From contig CALXWC010000001.1 in the NCBI GenBank assembly GCA_944392265.1, positions 32,237-96,236 of the forward strand: a stretch of 64,000 nt of DNA. The letters are read 5' to 3'. The DNA comes from an uncultured Alphaproteobacteria bacterium. GTDB taxonomy: Bacteria; Pseudomonadota; Alphaproteobacteria; RF32; CAG-239. A model generated the notes under the pieces. The model ran no database searches and was not told where the DNA came from. It worked only from the letters and a program-made list of their open reading frames with translations. The position numbers and the translations under genes are program-made. Shown one piece after another: positions 41,774 through 53,044 of the stretch (positions within the stretch are counted from its first letter, which is position 1; each line of letters starts with the position of its first letter).

Positions 41774-42641
41774 TGTCTATTTTATCCTCTTTGATTAAAT
41801 AATCATATTGTAACATAATACTGTTAAACACCATCATGGCAAAAATTACAAAAATCCACTGATACAAAATTTCTGTTGTAACTTCTGTATATAAACCAGC
41901 TACTAAATTACGTGTTTCGCTTAACACACCGCTCAGTAAATATGTGCTTATTGTTAATATAAAGAAATAACTAAACAATATTCTGCTTGTGTTTCCTCTG
42001 GTCTTATACCAAATTTCTTTTAATGTGATGCCTTTTTTATAATTTATCGTACAACCTAGAATCGGATAAAATCTAATTAAAAAGAAAGGCATTACCAATA
42101 CAATAAAATAAAAAAAGAAAACAACTGCTTCTATTCTCCAATCCGGATTGGGAACACGTACATATAATGCCCAAAAACCTAGCAGAGGTAAGATATTTAA
42201 TAATACGATACCTGCAAACTGAGCAAAAAATATCAAGTCTCTTTTTTCTACTCTAAATAATTCGGGTAAAGAAATATTTCTTTTCTGTGTTGTAAATACA
42301 TACCACTTAACACAAGATTGAGACATAATGAAGCACTTGATAATAAAATAAAGAGAGAACAAAAGTATAGAATTTGAACAAAATGTTCCTTCTCCATAAG
42401 AGCATTTCACAGAAAGGCCGAAAACCATTCCAAAGAAAGCCATAATCAGACTTGCAACAATACTTACGCTCATAAAAGGTTTAACATAATCAAAAAGCAT
42501 GCTCAAGGGCATAAATAGAGATTTCAAAACAGGTAACTTTTTGGGTTTAGGTTCCGTAGATGGAGCTAAAAATCCACCTTCCTGAAATAAGCTATTGTCT
42601 CTGAATTTTCCTTGTAGACTTTGTAAGATTTTATTGAGCAT
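41760..42641 (-). CDS. Hypothetical multi-pass membrane protein, probable paralog of 41003..41773
   Basis: Similar layout: KLP near the N-terminus, a paired-Cys loop, and TRGN versus TKGN. Confidence 0.75.
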   Translation of the reverse strand: MLNKILQSLQGKFRDNSLFQEGGFLAPSTEPKPKKLPVLKSLFMPLSMLFDYVKPFMSVSIVASLIMAFFGMVFGLSVKCSYGEGTFCSNSILLFSLYFIIKCFIMSQSCVKWYVFTTQKRNISLPELFRVEKRDLIFFAQFAGIVLLNILPLLGFWALYVRVPNPDWRIEAVVFFFYFIVLVMPFFLIRFYPILGCTINYKKGITLKEIWYKTRGNTSRILFSYFFILTISTYLLSGVLSETRNLVAGLYTEVTTEILYQWIFVIFAMMVFNSIMLQYDYLIKEDKIDNENN

Positions 42642-42642
42642 T

Positions 42643-45600
42643 CTAAATCTCCTTTATGGTTGTAACCCCTGATATTGCCCTTATCTTACTGACAACATCA
42701 TTGGCAAAAGCATATCCTCCGGCCAGTTCTATTCTGACATCCCATTCGGGAATTTCCGGCTTGATATATATTTTATTAACGCCATTTAAATCATGTTTCA
42801 AAACTTCATGAATCGGTTGTATTGCCGTTTTATCATTAACATAAATTATCATTCCGTTTGCCACATTGGCAATTGCTTGATCTAAAGTTTCGACCATATT
42901 AACCATGGTTCTTGGTTTTAATTCTTCATTTTCTTTGGTAATCGAAACACTGACTAAAAGCGGAAAGCCGGAATTAATGACTTCTTCATATTTGGCTAAG
43001 CCGTCAGAAAACATCAGACATTCAAAATTGCTTGTTCCATCAGAAAGCTCCAGAAAAGCATATTTATTGCCTGATTTACTGATGCGTTTTTGGAAAGAAG
43101 TTACGCATCCGGCTAATTTAGCACGAATATTATCTCCTACTCTCACACTGCCATAAACTTCTCCGGCCGGCTTAACTCCTAATTTTTCCATACCTTCTTT
43201 ATAGCTATCTAACGGGTGTGCAGAAATATAAAAACCAATAGCTTCCGCTTCTACTTTCAATTTTTCTAACTCCGGCCAATCCGGCTTATCTGCCAGTTTG
43301 ACCTTGGTGTGCAATTCTTCTGTTCCAAATAATGAAGCTTGCGAACTGGTTTTTAACTCTGTGGAAGAATAAATATGCTGTATAATTGTTTCAATATTTG
43401 CAAAAATCTTTCCTCTGTTCTTTTCCAAACAATCAAACGCTCCGGCTTTGGTTAATTGCTCCAACTGGCGGCGGTTAATCTGTTTGAAATCAGTACGATG
43501 AATAAAATCAGACAGATCTTTATATGGGCCGTTCTTTTTTCTTTCTTCCACAATGCTTTGCATATTAGCTGCACCTACACCTTTAATAGCACCTAAGGCA
43601 TAGCGAATATTATTACCTTCTACAGCAAACTCTGCATGAGAATGATTAATATCAGGTGGCAAAACCTTAAAGCCAAGTTTTTTGCATTCTTCTTTATAAA
43701 TTTGCAATTTATCCACATTGGTCATATCCAATGTCATCACCGCACACATAAACGCCACCGGATAATGTGCCTTTAAAAATGCTGTTTGATATGAAACCAA
43801 AGAATATGCTGCCGCGTGTGATTTGTTAAAACCATAAGACGCAAATTTTTCCATTTGGTCAAAAATTGCCGTTGCGGTGGCTTCCGGAATACCTTTTTTC
43901 AAGGCACCTTCAGTAAACATAGCACGTTGCTTTGGAATTTCATCGCGCATTTTTTTACCCATCACCTTACGGAGTTTATCCGCACCGCCCATGGTGTATC
44001 CGCCCAAAACCTGCGCAATTTTCATAACCTGTTCTTGGTACACCATAATACCATAAGTTTCACCCAAAATCGGCGCTAAATCAGGATGCAAATAGGTAAT
44101 TTCTTCTTCACCGTGCTTGCGCTTAATGTAAGTTGGAATGTTATCCATCGGTCCCGGACGGTACAAAGACACAATAGCGATTAAATCTTCAAAACGGTCA
44201 GGACGAATCTGTTTGTGAACGTCTTTCATACCCGGAGATTCAAATTGGAATACCGCTGAGGTATCACCTCTGGATAACATTTGATAAGTGTCTTTATCAT
44301 CTAGCGGAATATTATCTATATCTAAATCTATTCCCTGACTAGTCTTAATCCAGTCTACTGCTTTTTTAATAACGGTTAGAGTTTTTAAGCCCAAAAAGTC
44401 AAACTTAATTAAGCCGGTTTCTTCCACAAACTTCATATCATATTGGGTTACCGGCATGTCTGCCTTAGGATCTTTGTACAAAGGTACAAGCTCATCTAAC
44501 GGGCGGTCACCAATAACCACGCCGGCCGCATGCATACCAGATTGTCTGTATAGACCCTCAAGCTTCATACCTATATCAAAAAGCTTATTAATCTGCGGGT
44601 CGTTTTGGCGCATTTCTTCTAATTCGGGAACTTGCTCCAATGACTCTTTTAAGGTGGGGTTTTTACCTTGAACCCCCGGTGGGATCATTTTAGAAATTTT
44701 ATCTGCCTGAGAATATGGCATTTGCAACACGCGTGCTACGTCACGAATAACGTTTTTGGCTTGCAATTTACCATAAGTAATAATTTGTGCCACATGGTCA
44801 AAACCATATTTATTTTGCACATATTCAATAGTTTTGTAACGGTTTTCTTGGCAGAAGTCCACGTCAAAGTCAGGCATGTTTACACGTTCTGGGTTTAAGA
44901 AACGCTCAAACAATAAATCTAACTTCAAAGGATCCAAGTCGGTAATTTTTAAAGACCAAGCTACAATTGAGCCCGCACCGGAACCACGCCCCGGCCCTAC
45001 CGGAACACCATGTCCTTTGGACCAACGAATAAAGTCTGACACGATTAAGAAATATCCGGGGAAGCCCATTTTCTTAATCACGTTAAGCTCATATTCCAAA
45101 CGCTGATAATATCTCTTGTCTATCTCTTGTTTTTCTTCTTCGGTCATGCCTTCATAATAAACATGAACTTTCATACGCTCATTTAAGCCTTTATAGGCTT
45201 CTTCGGTAATAAACTCGTCTTGTGTTCTGTTTCCAGGGCATTCAAAAATAGGCAATAACGGCTGAACCTTTTGCGAAATAAAGTTGCAGCGCATGGCAAT
45301 ATTAACCGTATTTTCAATGGCTTCCGGAAGATCTTGGAATAGTTCGACCATTTCTTCCGCGCTACGCAGACGATTATTTGGAGAAAAACGTCTTCTGTTT
45401 TCATTGGCAACATATTCACCTTCGGCAATGCAGATTAAAGCATCGTGCGCTTCATACATCTCCGCATCCATAAAATATGCTTCATTCGTGGCCACAAGAG
45501 GAATATTGTATTTGTAAGCCCAATCAATAAATGTATCTTCGGTTTTCTTCTCTTGTTCCAAACCAATACGAGAAATTTCCATATAAAAACGATTGCCAAA

Positions 45601-46113
45601 AATCTCGTGCAATTTGACAATATTGGCTTCAGCCTCATCTTTACGGTTTTCAAGGAGTAAACGTCCGGCTTGTCCTTCCCAGCCACCGCTTAAGCAGATA
45701 AGACCTTCATTTAGCTCTTCCAAATCGCTCATTTTGAGTTGAGCACGCTCCCCCTTGGGCGGATTGTCCAAATATGAGCGTTTCATTAAATGCATCAGGT
45801 TTTTATAACCTATTTCATTCATCACCAAAATAATAAGCTTGTCCGGCTCTATGATACGTCCTTTAGATTTTAAAACATCATCGGCATCGGGATTTCGTAA
45901 AAAGAATTGTGTTCCCAAAATCGGCTTAACACCTTCGTCTGATGCATATTTTGACAAGGCTTTGCCACAGAACAAATTTGCCGTATCCGTAATGGCTATG
46001 GCCGGAATATTATGATCATGCATATAGTGGATTAATTTGGGCACAAGAATAGCGCCTTCCGATAATGAATATGCGGAATGAACGCGTAAATGAACAAATT
46101 TTGGTGCCGACAT
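42643..46113 (-). CDS. dnaE: DNA polymerase III alpha subunit
   Basis: FVHLRVHSAYSL, GPGRGSGAGS, MPDFDVDF, KFDFLGLKTL and YGFNKSHAAAY. Confidence 0.98.
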   Translation of the reverse strand: MSAPKFVHLRVHSAYSLSEGAILVPKLIHYMHDHNIPAIAITDTANLFCGKALSKYASDEGVKPILGTQFFLRNPDADDVLKSKGRIIEPDKLIILVMNEIGYKNLMHLMKRSYLDNPPKGERAQLKMSDLEELNEGLICLSGGWEGQAGRLLLENRKDEAEANIVKLHEIFGNRFYMEISRIGLEQEKKTEDTFIDWAYKYNIPLVATNEAYFMDAEMYEAHDALICIAEGEYVANENRRRFSPNNRLRSAEEMVELFQDLPEAIENTVNIAMRCNFISQKVQPLLPIFECPGNRTQDEFITEEAYKGLNERMKVHVYYEGMTEEEKQEIDKRYYQRLEYELNVIKKMGFPGYFLIVSDFIRWSKGHGVPVGPGRGSGAGSIVAWSLKITDLDPLKLDLLFERFLNPERVNMPDFDVDFCQENRYKTIEYVQNKYGFDHVAQIITYGKLQAKNVIRDVARVLQMPYSQADKISKMIPPGVQGKNPTLKESLEQVPELEEMRQNDPQINKLFDIGMKLEGLYRQSGMHAAGVVIGDRPLDELVPLYKDPKADMPVTQYDMKFVEETGLIKFDFLGLKTLTVIKKAVDWIKTSQGIDLDIDNIPLDDKDTYQMLSRGDTSAVFQFESPGMKDVHKQIRPDRFEDLIAIVSLYRPGPMDNIPTYIKRKHGEEEITYLHPDLAPILGETYGIMVYQEQVMKIAQVLGGYTMGGADKLRKVMGKKMRDEIPKQRAMFTEGALKKGIPEATATAIFDQMEKFASYGFNKSHAAAYSLVSYQTAFLKAHYPVAFMCAVMTLDMTNVDKLQIYKEECKKLGFKVLPPDINHSHAEFAVEGNNIRYALGAIKGVGAANMQSIVEERKKNGPYKDLSDFIHRTDFKQINRRQLEQLTKAGAFDCLEKNRGKIFANIETIIQHIYSSTELKTSSQASLFGTEELHTKVKLADKPDWPELEKLKVEAEAIGFYISAHPLDSYKEGMEKLGVKPAGEVYGSVRVGDNIRAKLAGCVTSFQKRISKSGNKYAFLELSDGTSNFECLMFSDGLAKYEEVINSGFPLLVSVSITKENEELKPRTMVNMVETLDQAIANVANGMIIYVNDKTAIQPIHEVLKHDLNGVNKIYIKPEIPEWDVRIELAGGYAFANDVVSKIRAISGVTTIKEI

Positions 46114-46226
46114 ATAATCCCTTTTACTTAAAGAAAATTTTCGTTTTCGATTATAACTATTTCAATTTTGCGTACAACTCAAAAATTGCAGATATCACAA
46201 ACCATACACATAATTTTTTACATTTG

Positions 46227-46253
46227 AAAAAAGCTCCTTTACAGGAGCTTTTA
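46227..46253 (-). terminator. Terminator after prfA
   Basis: AAAAGCTCCT/AGGAGCTTTT inverted repeat. Confidence 0.7.
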
Positions 46254-46258
46254 TTCTT

Positions 46259-47332
46259 TTAATCCAACTCAGCCAATTTTTGAGCCTGATCTTCCATAAT
46301 CAAAGCATCAATAATCTCGTTTAAGGCATCACCAGAAACCACTTCATCCAACTTATATAATGTTAAGTTAATGCGGTGGTCGGTTACTCGGCCTTGCGGA
46401 TAGTTATATGTTCTGATTCTTTCAGATCTGTCTCCAGAGCCTACTTGCAATTTTCTTTTTTCAGAATATGCAGAATCAATGCTCTCTTTTTGCATATCAT
46501 ATAACTTTGCACGCAAGTGGTTCATGGCTTTTTCTTTGTTCTTATATTGAGAACGATCATCTTGACATTGAACAACCACACCTGTGGGAATATGTGTGAT
46601 ACGAACAGCTGACTCTGTTCTGTTAACGTGTTGTCCACCGGCGCCTGATGCTCTGTATACATCAATTTTTAAATCTGCCGGATTAATGTACATATCCACT
46701 TCTTCAATCTCTGGCAAAACGGCAACCGTTGCGGCAGAAGTGTGAACTCGGCCTTGAGATTCAGTTACCGGAACACGTTGTACGCGGTGTGCACCTGATT
46801 CAAACTTCAATCTGGCAAAAACGTCTTTACCCGTAATTTTGGCTGTGGCTTCTTTATATCCACCCAACTCATTTTCGGTTACGTCGTTAACCTCAAACTT
46901 CCAACCCATTTTTTGAGAATAGCGTTGATACATTTCAAATAAAACAGCGGCAAATAAAGCAGCTTCATCACCACCTGTTCCGGCTCTGACTTCCAAAATG
47001 GCGTTTTTCTCATCTTCTTCATCTTTTGGCAAGAGTAAGATTTTGACTTGTTTTTCAAGCTCAGGCAATTTTTCTTTTAATTCATAATATTCTGCCTCTG
47101 CCATTTCACGCATTTCTTTATCCAACTCAGAATCTTCCATCATGGCTTTGGCATCAGCCATATTCTGCTCGGCATGGCGCAATTCGTGAACGGCTTCAAC
47201 GACAGGCGTTAATGCGGAAAGCTCTTTGTTTAGCTTTACCAATTCGTCAGAACTGATATTTGGCTCTGACAACAAAGCCTGAATTTCATCATGTCGATTA
47301 ACAACGTTACTTAATTTTTCTGCAAATGCCAT
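46259..47332 (-). CDS. prfA: Peptide chain release factor 1
   Basis: GTGGDEA, RVPVTE (PxT motif), GAGGQHVN and RIRTYN. Confidence 0.97.
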   Translation of the reverse strand: MAFAEKLSNVVNRHDEIQALLSEPNISSDELVKLNKELSALTPVVEAVHELRHAEQNMADAKAMMEDSELDKEMREMAEAEYYELKEKLPELEKQVKILLLPKDEEDEKNAILEVRAGTGGDEAALFAAVLFEMYQRYSQKMGWKFEVNDVTENELGGYKEATAKITGKDVFARLKFESGAHRVQRVPVTESQGRVHTSAATVAVLPEIEEVDMYINPADLKIDVYRASGAGGQHVNRTESAVRITHIPTGVVVQCQDDRSQYKNKEKAMNHLRAKLYDMQKESIDSAYSEKRKLQVGSGDRSERIRTYNYPQGRVTDHRINLTLYKLDEVVSGDALNEIIDALIMEDQAQKLAELD

Positions 47333-47345
47333 TTAATTTTCCTTA

Positions 47346-48419
47346 CTATCCTACTTTTACTTTCTCTTCTACCAAACGAACCAATTCGTCTACAATATCT
47401 GCATTCTTAACCTTATGGTCAGGTTTTCCGCCAATGAAAATCATATTTTCATCGCCTCTGCCACCACAAACGCCAAAGTCTGTGTGTCCGGCTTCTCCGG
47501 GGCCGTTAACCACGCACCCCATTACGGCCAATGACAACGGCTGACTGATATGAGATAATCTTTCTTCCAAAGCCTCAATGGTCTTTTGAACATCATAACC
47601 TCTTCTGGCACAGGTCGGACAAGAAACAATGCGAATACCTCTATGTCTTAAGTCCAGCGCTTTCAAAATTTCATATCCGGCCTTGACCTCTTCTTCAACA
47701 TCTGCCGTTAAAGAAACACGCAATGTATCTCCGATGCCATCCATTAACAAAGCGCCAATTCCCATGGATGACTTAATGGTTCCGGTTCTTAAGCCGCCGG
47801 CTTCGGTCACACCTAAGTGCAACGGATAATCACATGCTTGAGCCAATTTTTTATAAGCATCAATCATCATTAACGTGTTGGAAGATTTAACACTTATTTT
47901 GAACTCGCGAAAATCATTATCTTCTAACATTTTTGCTTGTTCTAAAGCACTTTCGACCAAAGCATCGGCACAAGGTTCGCCATATTTTTCCAACAATCTT
48001 TTATCCAAAGAACCGCCGTTAACACCAATTCTGATTGAGCATCCATGGTCTTTAGCTGCTTGTACAACAGCTTTTACTCTGTCTTGAGAACCAATGTTTC
48101 CCGGATTAATACGCAAGCATGCCGCTCCGTTTTCTGCGGCTAAAATACCTAAACGATAATCAAAATGGATATCTGCCACAACCGGAATTTTAACTTCTTT
48201 GGTGATTATTCTTAATGCTTTGGCAGAATCTTCATCCGGACAAGAACAGCGCGTGATGTCACAGCCGACCGCTTCTTGACGTTGTATCTGTTCAATAGTG
48301 GATTTTGCATCCGATGTCAAGGTATTTGTCATGGATTGGACGGTTATAGGGGCATCTCCGCCTACGGCTACATTTCCAACCATTATCTTACGACTTTTAC
48401 GACGAACTATTTTTTCCAT
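47346..48419 (-). CDS. ispG: HMBPP synthase (GcpE)
   Basis: [31 protein letters not shown] and GCVVNGPGE. Confidence 0.97.
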   Translation of the reverse strand: MEKIVRRKSRKIMVGNVAVGGDAPITVQSMTNTLTSDAKSTIEQIQRQEAVGCDITRCSCPDEDSAKALRIITKEVKIPVVADIHFDYRLGILAAENGAACLRINPGNIGSQDRVKAVVQAAKDHGCSIRIGVNGGSLDKRLLEKYGEPCADALVESALEQAKMLEDNDFREFKISVKSSNTLMMIDAYKKLAQACDYPLHLGVTEAGGLRTGTIKSSMGIGALLMDGIGDTLRVSLTADVEEEVKAGYEILKALDLRHRGIRIVSCPTCARRGYDVQKTIEALEERLSHISQPLSLAVMGCVVNGPGEAGHTDFGVCGGRGDENMIFIGGKPDHKVKNADIVDELVRLVEEKVKVG

Positions 48420-48491
48420 TGTTTATCCTTTTTTGTATAACAAAAGGAAAATAGCAGTTTTCCTGCTATTTTCCTGTCTTCTATCTTTTTT

Positions 48492-49595
48492 CTAATTTTG
48501 CGCGTTGGCAATAATTTCATCTACTGAAATATTCATTTTTTTGTTTGGTGCAACTTCGTATGCTTTTTGACCATTATACAAAATTTCTACACCTTCTGCT
48601 TTACCGACAGACAATCTTAAGTTAGTGTCTTTAGGTAAAGTATAACTATCTCCGGCATATAATACTTTGCTGATGTAAAGTTTTTTATCATTACGAACTT
48701 CAATCCAAGTATCTTTCAAAAGTTTGATTGTTAAGTTACTCTTACCCGGAGCATCTTCAACTTCTGCCTCTTCAGCTTCTGCTTCAACATCTGTTTCTGC
48801 TTTAGGTTCAACAAAGCTTTTTTCTGTCACAACAACTTGTTGTTGCGCAACTTGATTTTCTTCTGAACTCAAATCAACAACGGGAAGTTTTTCTTCTTTT
48901 TTATTTTCTTTCTTCTCTTTCTTTACTTCTTTCTTCTCTTCTTTTTTTACTTCCTTATTTTCTTTTTTTACAGGAGCTTCTTCAACAACTTTTTCTTCTT
49001 GAACAACAGCTTCTTGTGGAGCTTCTTCTTGAATATTATTGCTGTAATCTTCTATTTTTAACGGAAAATCATTTTCCTCAGTAGCAATAACCGTAACTTC
49101 TTGATTGGTCGTATCGACCTTAGCTTGTTCTTTAGCAAATTGATTATACATATTCCATGCAGCATACAAAACCACAAGCAATATCAAGCTTGAAAGAACA
49201 TATTTTTTGCTTGGAACAGTTGCCTCTTGTTGGGGCTCCATAACATAGTAAGGATGTTTTTTTCTGAAATCTGCTTCAGCTTCGCTTTTGTACATCTGAA
49301 CAATTTGATTGCCATCCAAGCCAAGATAATCTGCATAAGAACGAATAAAGCCAATTCCATATGGATATTCCGGAATGTTGTTATAATCACCTTCTTCAAT
49401 TGCAGATAAATAGGCTTTTCTGATGCACAAATCTTGTGAAATTTCTTCAAAGGTCTTTCCTTGTTTGGTGCGCATTTCTTTCAACAAGGTACCAATTTTG
49501 GTTTCAGAAGCTTTTTCTTCTTTGGTTTCTTTGGCCAAAGTTTCATCAACATTATCGATAACTTCTTCATCTTTTTTTGAATTTTCTTTTTTCAC
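48492..49595 (-). CDS. rodZ: RodZ family cell-shape protein (HTH, TM, DUF4115)
   Basis: N-terminal HTH with YGIGFIRSYADYLGLD, one TM segment and a C-terminal TWIEVR domain. Sits upstream of ispG. Confidence 0.88.
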   Translation of the reverse strand: MKKENSKKDEEVIDNVDETLAKETKEEKASETKIGTLLKEMRTKQGKTFEEISQDLCIRKAYLSAIEEGDYNNIPEYPYGIGFIRSYADYLGLDGNQIVQMYKSEAEADFRKKHPYYVMEPQQEATVPSKKYVLSSLILLVVLYAAWNMYNQFAKEQAKVDTTNQEVTVIATEENDFPLKIEDYSNNIQEEAPQEAVVQEEKVVEEAPVKKENKEVKKEEKKEVKKEKKENKKEEKLPVVDLSSEENQVAQQQVVVTEKSFVEPKAETDVEAEAEEAEVEDAPGKSNLTIKLLKDTWIEVRNDKKLYISKVLYAGDSYTLPKDTNLRLSVGKAEGVEILYNGQKAYEVAPNKKMNISVDEIIANAQN

Positions 49596-49640
49596 TTTAG
49601 GATCCCCTTTTATTAATTTTGGATGATTGTTGCATAGTTT

Positions 49641-51905
49641 TTAATAAATTTCAATACCATGATCATTGGCGTAGGATATTAATTGTGGTCGGAATGTTTT
49701 CTGACTGGACTTTAACAATGTATTCACATAATCAGCCATTGCTAAAGCATCCATACTTCTAACCATACTTTTTACTCTGCCGAATGATGAACCTGACATG
49801 GATAAGTTTCTAAAACCTAATCCTACCAAGGCCATTGCCTCAATCGGATTAGAGGCCATTTCACCACATACGGAACAATAAACACCATATTTGTTGGCCT
49901 TATCTATAATTAATTTCATCACACTCAAAAACGGCCCTGACAAAACATCGTATCTTTCCGTTAATCTTGGATTTCCTCTGTCACAGGCAAATATAAATTG
50001 TGCCAAATCGTTGGTGCCGATAGATATAAAGTCTGCCAAGGGCAAAATTTCATCTAATTGGAAAACAATGGACGGAACTTCAATCATCAAGCCGACATTT
50101 ATTTTTTTAGGAATTTCTCCGCCACGGCGTTTTTCTTTTTCCACTTCCATCATCAAAGTTTCTTTGGCATCTTTGAACTCAGAGACATTGGTTATCATCG
50201 GAAACATAACATTGAGCTCTTTGCCTACTGCCGCACGCAAAAATGCGCGCATCTGCTTTCTTAAAATGGCTCTTCTGTCCAACGTAATTCTTATTGAGCG
50301 CCAGCCAATGGCCGGATTTTCTTCACCAACATTTCCCCAATATGGCAAAAGCTTATCTGAGCCCACATCCAAGCTTCTGAATATGACTTTTTTATCTTCA
50401 GCTTTATCCATAAGCTCACGATAATATGAAATTTGTCTATCTACATCAGGCATAATATCTGATGCCATAAACGGAATTTCTGTTCTATATAAGCCGATAC
50501 CGTCACAGTTGGTGGTCTTGATATAATCTAAGTCGAAAGCCAAACCGATGTTCAGATATAAATTTACATGCTCTCCGTCTTTGGTTTGTGCCGGTAAATC
50601 AATCAGCTCGGCAAGTTTGGCCTGAAGTCTTTCTTTTTCGGCAATTTTGTGTTTGAACTTTTCTTGAACAACCGAAGACGGACGTATATAAACATAACCA
50701 TCCGTTCCGTCAACACCGATTAATTCTCCGGTTTTAACCTCTGAAAAAATGCCTCTGATTTTGGCTACAACCGGAATACTTAATGCCTTGGCCACAATTG
50801 CCACATGCATTGTGGGTGTGCCATCTTCAATAATCAATCCTTTGATGCGGCTGTAATCATAATCCATTAAATCAGCAGGACCCATGGTTTGAGCTACAAC
50901 CACAATATCTTGGTTTTCTATTTTTTGTGCGGTTCCGAAATCTCCGCTTAAATATGAAGATAACCTGTCAGAAACATCTCTTAAGTCATGCAACCTTTCT
51001 CTTAAATAGGTATCTGTGGTTCCAGACAAGCGGTTCCACATATCTTCATAAGCTCTTTCAACTGCCGCTTCCGCTGTTAAACCACTCAAAATATTATTTT
51101 CAAGCTTTTTATACCAGCCTTTATCACTGGCAAACATTCTATACGCATCTAAAATATCAACATGTTCACCAATGCCTAATTTAGTGGCATTTAACTTTTC
51201 ATCCAAATCTGCATTCATTTGATCAAAGGCTATTTTTAAGCGGCTTAATTCTTTTTCCTTATCTTCGGCAAAGATTTTGGTTACAACTTGTCTTCGTCTG
51301 TGAACAACCGCCAAACCTAAGCCATAGCCTTTGCTTAAGCTAACGCCTTTGAGTTTTTCTCTATCATTAATATGATTATTTTTATCAAAATTATTTTTGA
51401 TTTCATTCATCTCTTCTGAAGAAACAATCTCACTTAAAACCATGGCCACCGTTTCTAATATTTCGGTTTCCATTGGGCTATATTCATGAGTTTCTTTATT
51501 TTGAAGAGTCAACACTCCGATTGAGCGACGCCAACGGATTAACGGAATTCCGATAAAGGACTTAAAATCATCTAAATATATGGAAGATTTTTTCTCTAAT
51601 TTCGGGTCTGATTGAACATCTGCAACAAATGTGGTTCGGCTGTTTTGCGCAACTTCTCCGGTTATACCTTCTCCAAAACGGAAGACAACCTTATTTAAGT
51701 ATTCCGGATTTAGATGATATCCGGCGCACAAAGCCAAGCGATTGCCCTCTACCGTAATAAAGCAAGCTGCTGAATCTGCAGACATTTCCTCTGCTATCAT
51801 TTGCACAATTTGAGATAGCTTAACATCTATTGCGACATCATCTTCTCTTATCATGCGCAATTTTTGTAAAATGTCCCTTGCTTTGTTAACCGTCGGTAAA
51901 GGCAT
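49641..51905 (-). CDS. ptsP: Phosphoenolpyruvate-protein phosphotransferase EI-Ntr (GAF plus EI)
   Basis: N-terminal GAF domain, TMHVAIVA phospho-His, GLYRTE and SIGTNDL. Confidence 0.95.
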   Translation of the reverse strand: MPLPTVNKARDILQKLRMIREDDVAIDVKLSQIVQMIAEEMSADSAACFITVEGNRLALCAGYHLNPEYLNKVVFRFGEGITGEVAQNSRTTFVADVQSDPKLEKKSSIYLDDFKSFIGIPLIRWRRSIGVLTLQNKETHEYSPMETEILETVAMVLSEIVSSEEMNEIKNNFDKNNHINDREKLKGVSLSKGYGLGLAVVHRRRQVVTKIFAEDKEKELSRLKIAFDQMNADLDEKLNATKLGIGEHVDILDAYRMFASDKGWYKKLENNILSGLTAEAAVERAYEDMWNRLSGTTDTYLRERLHDLRDVSDRLSSYLSGDFGTAQKIENQDIVVVAQTMGPADLMDYDYSRIKGLIIEDGTPTMHVAIVAKALSIPVVAKIRGIFSEVKTGELIGVDGTDGYVYIRPSSVVQEKFKHKIAEKERLQAKLAELIDLPAQTKDGEHVNLYLNIGLAFDLDYIKTTNCDGIGLYRTEIPFMASDIMPDVDRQISYYRELMDKAEDKKVIFRSLDVGSDKLLPYWGNVGEENPAIGWRSIRITLDRRAILRKQMRAFLRAAVGKELNVMFPMITNVSEFKDAKETLMMEVEKEKRRGGEIPKKINVGLMIEVPSIVFQLDEILPLADFISIGTNDLAQFIFACDRGNPRLTERYDVLSGPFLSVMKLIIDKANKYGVYCSVCGEMASNPIEAMALVGLGFRNLSMSGSSFGRVKSMVRSMDALAMADYVNTLLKSSQKTFRPQLISYANDHGIEIY

Positions 51906-52000
51906 ATTTTATTCAACCCCTAATTTTATCCTTGTGATTTCTGTTATATTATCTATATTACTATTCATCAAGTAATTTTATAGTAAAAGAGGATAATTTT

Positions 52001-52363
52001 ATGGCTAATGCTTATAAAAAAGGAGATAAAGATTCTCGCCCTTGGGGTACTTGGGAAGTTTTGGATGCCGGAAACGGTTTTTGCGTTAAAAGAATTTGTG
52101 TAACACCACACAATATTTTGTCTTTGCAACTCCACCATTTCAGAGCAGAACACTGGATTATTGTTGAAGGTGAAGCTTTGGTTACTTTAGGTGATGAAAA
52201 AATTATTAAAAAAGCAAACGAATCTGTTTATATTCCGGTAGAAACAAAACACCGTATTCAAAACAATTCTGACAAACCGATGACATTTATTGAAATTCAG
52301 ACCGGAGAAACTCTGGATGAAAACGATATCGTCCGCTTTGAAGATAATTACGGTCGCGTATAA
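52001..52363 (+). CDS. Phosphomannose isomerase type II C-terminal cupin domain protein
   Basis: RPWG, LSLQLHHFRAEHW, HRIQN and ENDIVRFEDNYGR. Confidence 0.9.
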   Translation: MANAYKKGDKDSRPWGTWEVLDAGNGFCVKRICVTPHNILSLQLHHFRAEHWIIVEGEALVTLGDEKIIKKANESVYIPVETKHRIQNNSDKPMTFIEIQTGETLDENDIVRFEDNYGRV

Positions 52364-52369
52364 TTTACT

Positions 52370-52400
52370 AAAAAAGCTCTGATTTTGTATCAGAGCTTTT
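52370..52400. terminator. Bidirectional terminator
   Basis: AAAAGCTCTGAT...ATCAGAGCTTTT. Confidence 0.75.
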
Positions 52401-52404
52401 CTTT

Positions 52405-52950
52405 TTAGTTTCTTCTGTCCCAAATTTCTTTGAAGTGTGGTTCTCTTGAATTTTCAAGCCACTCAAAGGTAACCATTTCAACCGTAACGACATCAACCTT
52501 ATTGTGGAGCAATCTTTGCACACCCAATGTGCTTTGAATCTCGCTTCTTGAAGAGCAGGCATCTGCCACTACAAACACATCATATCCGTCATCTTTCAAA
52601 TCTAACGCGGTTTGCAATACGCAAATATGTGTTTCCAATCCCGCTATAACAATTTGTTTTTTACCTGATTTTTTGATGATTTCGCGAATCGTATCATTTT
52701 TATAACAAGAGAAGGTATCTTTTTCACAATATAAGGTATCGTCTTTCATAACACTACGCAAATCTATCATCGTCGGACCAAAATTTTTTCTTTCTTGTTC
52801 CGCTACTATAAACGGAATATCTAATTTTTTAGCCACATCCAACAACGAAGCACAGCCGTTGATTACATCTCTAGGATGTTCCTGAGCCGGAGCTAAATGT
52901 TCTTGCACATCAATTATCAACAGTAAGGAATCATATCGGTTCATCAACAT
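52405..52950 (-). CDS. Isochorismatase family hydrolase
   Basis: LLIIDVQE, EKDTFSC, GLETHICVLQT and DACSSR. Confidence 0.92.
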   Translation of the reverse strand: MLMNRYDSLLLIIDVQEHLAPAQEHPRDVINGCASLLDVAKKLDIPFIVAEQERKNFGPTMIDLRSVMKDDTLYCEKDTFSCYKNDTIREIIKKSGKKQIVIAGLETHICVLQTALDLKDDGYDVFVVADACSSRSEIQSTLGVQRLLHNKVDVVTVEMVTFEWLENSREPHFKEIWDRRN

Positions 52951-53044
52951 TTCTCTTCTCCTGTATAAAATAGGTTATTGACTATATTAACAAAATACAT
53001 AATACTTCGCAATAAGATTTAAACATTTTATGAAGAAGAATATT

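Noticed and set aside
48880-48970. KKEEKKEVKKE low-complexity repeats
   Set aside because: Ordinary disordered RodZ linker.
49891-50424. 177-aa plus-strand ORF
   Set aside because: Antisense shadow of ptsP.
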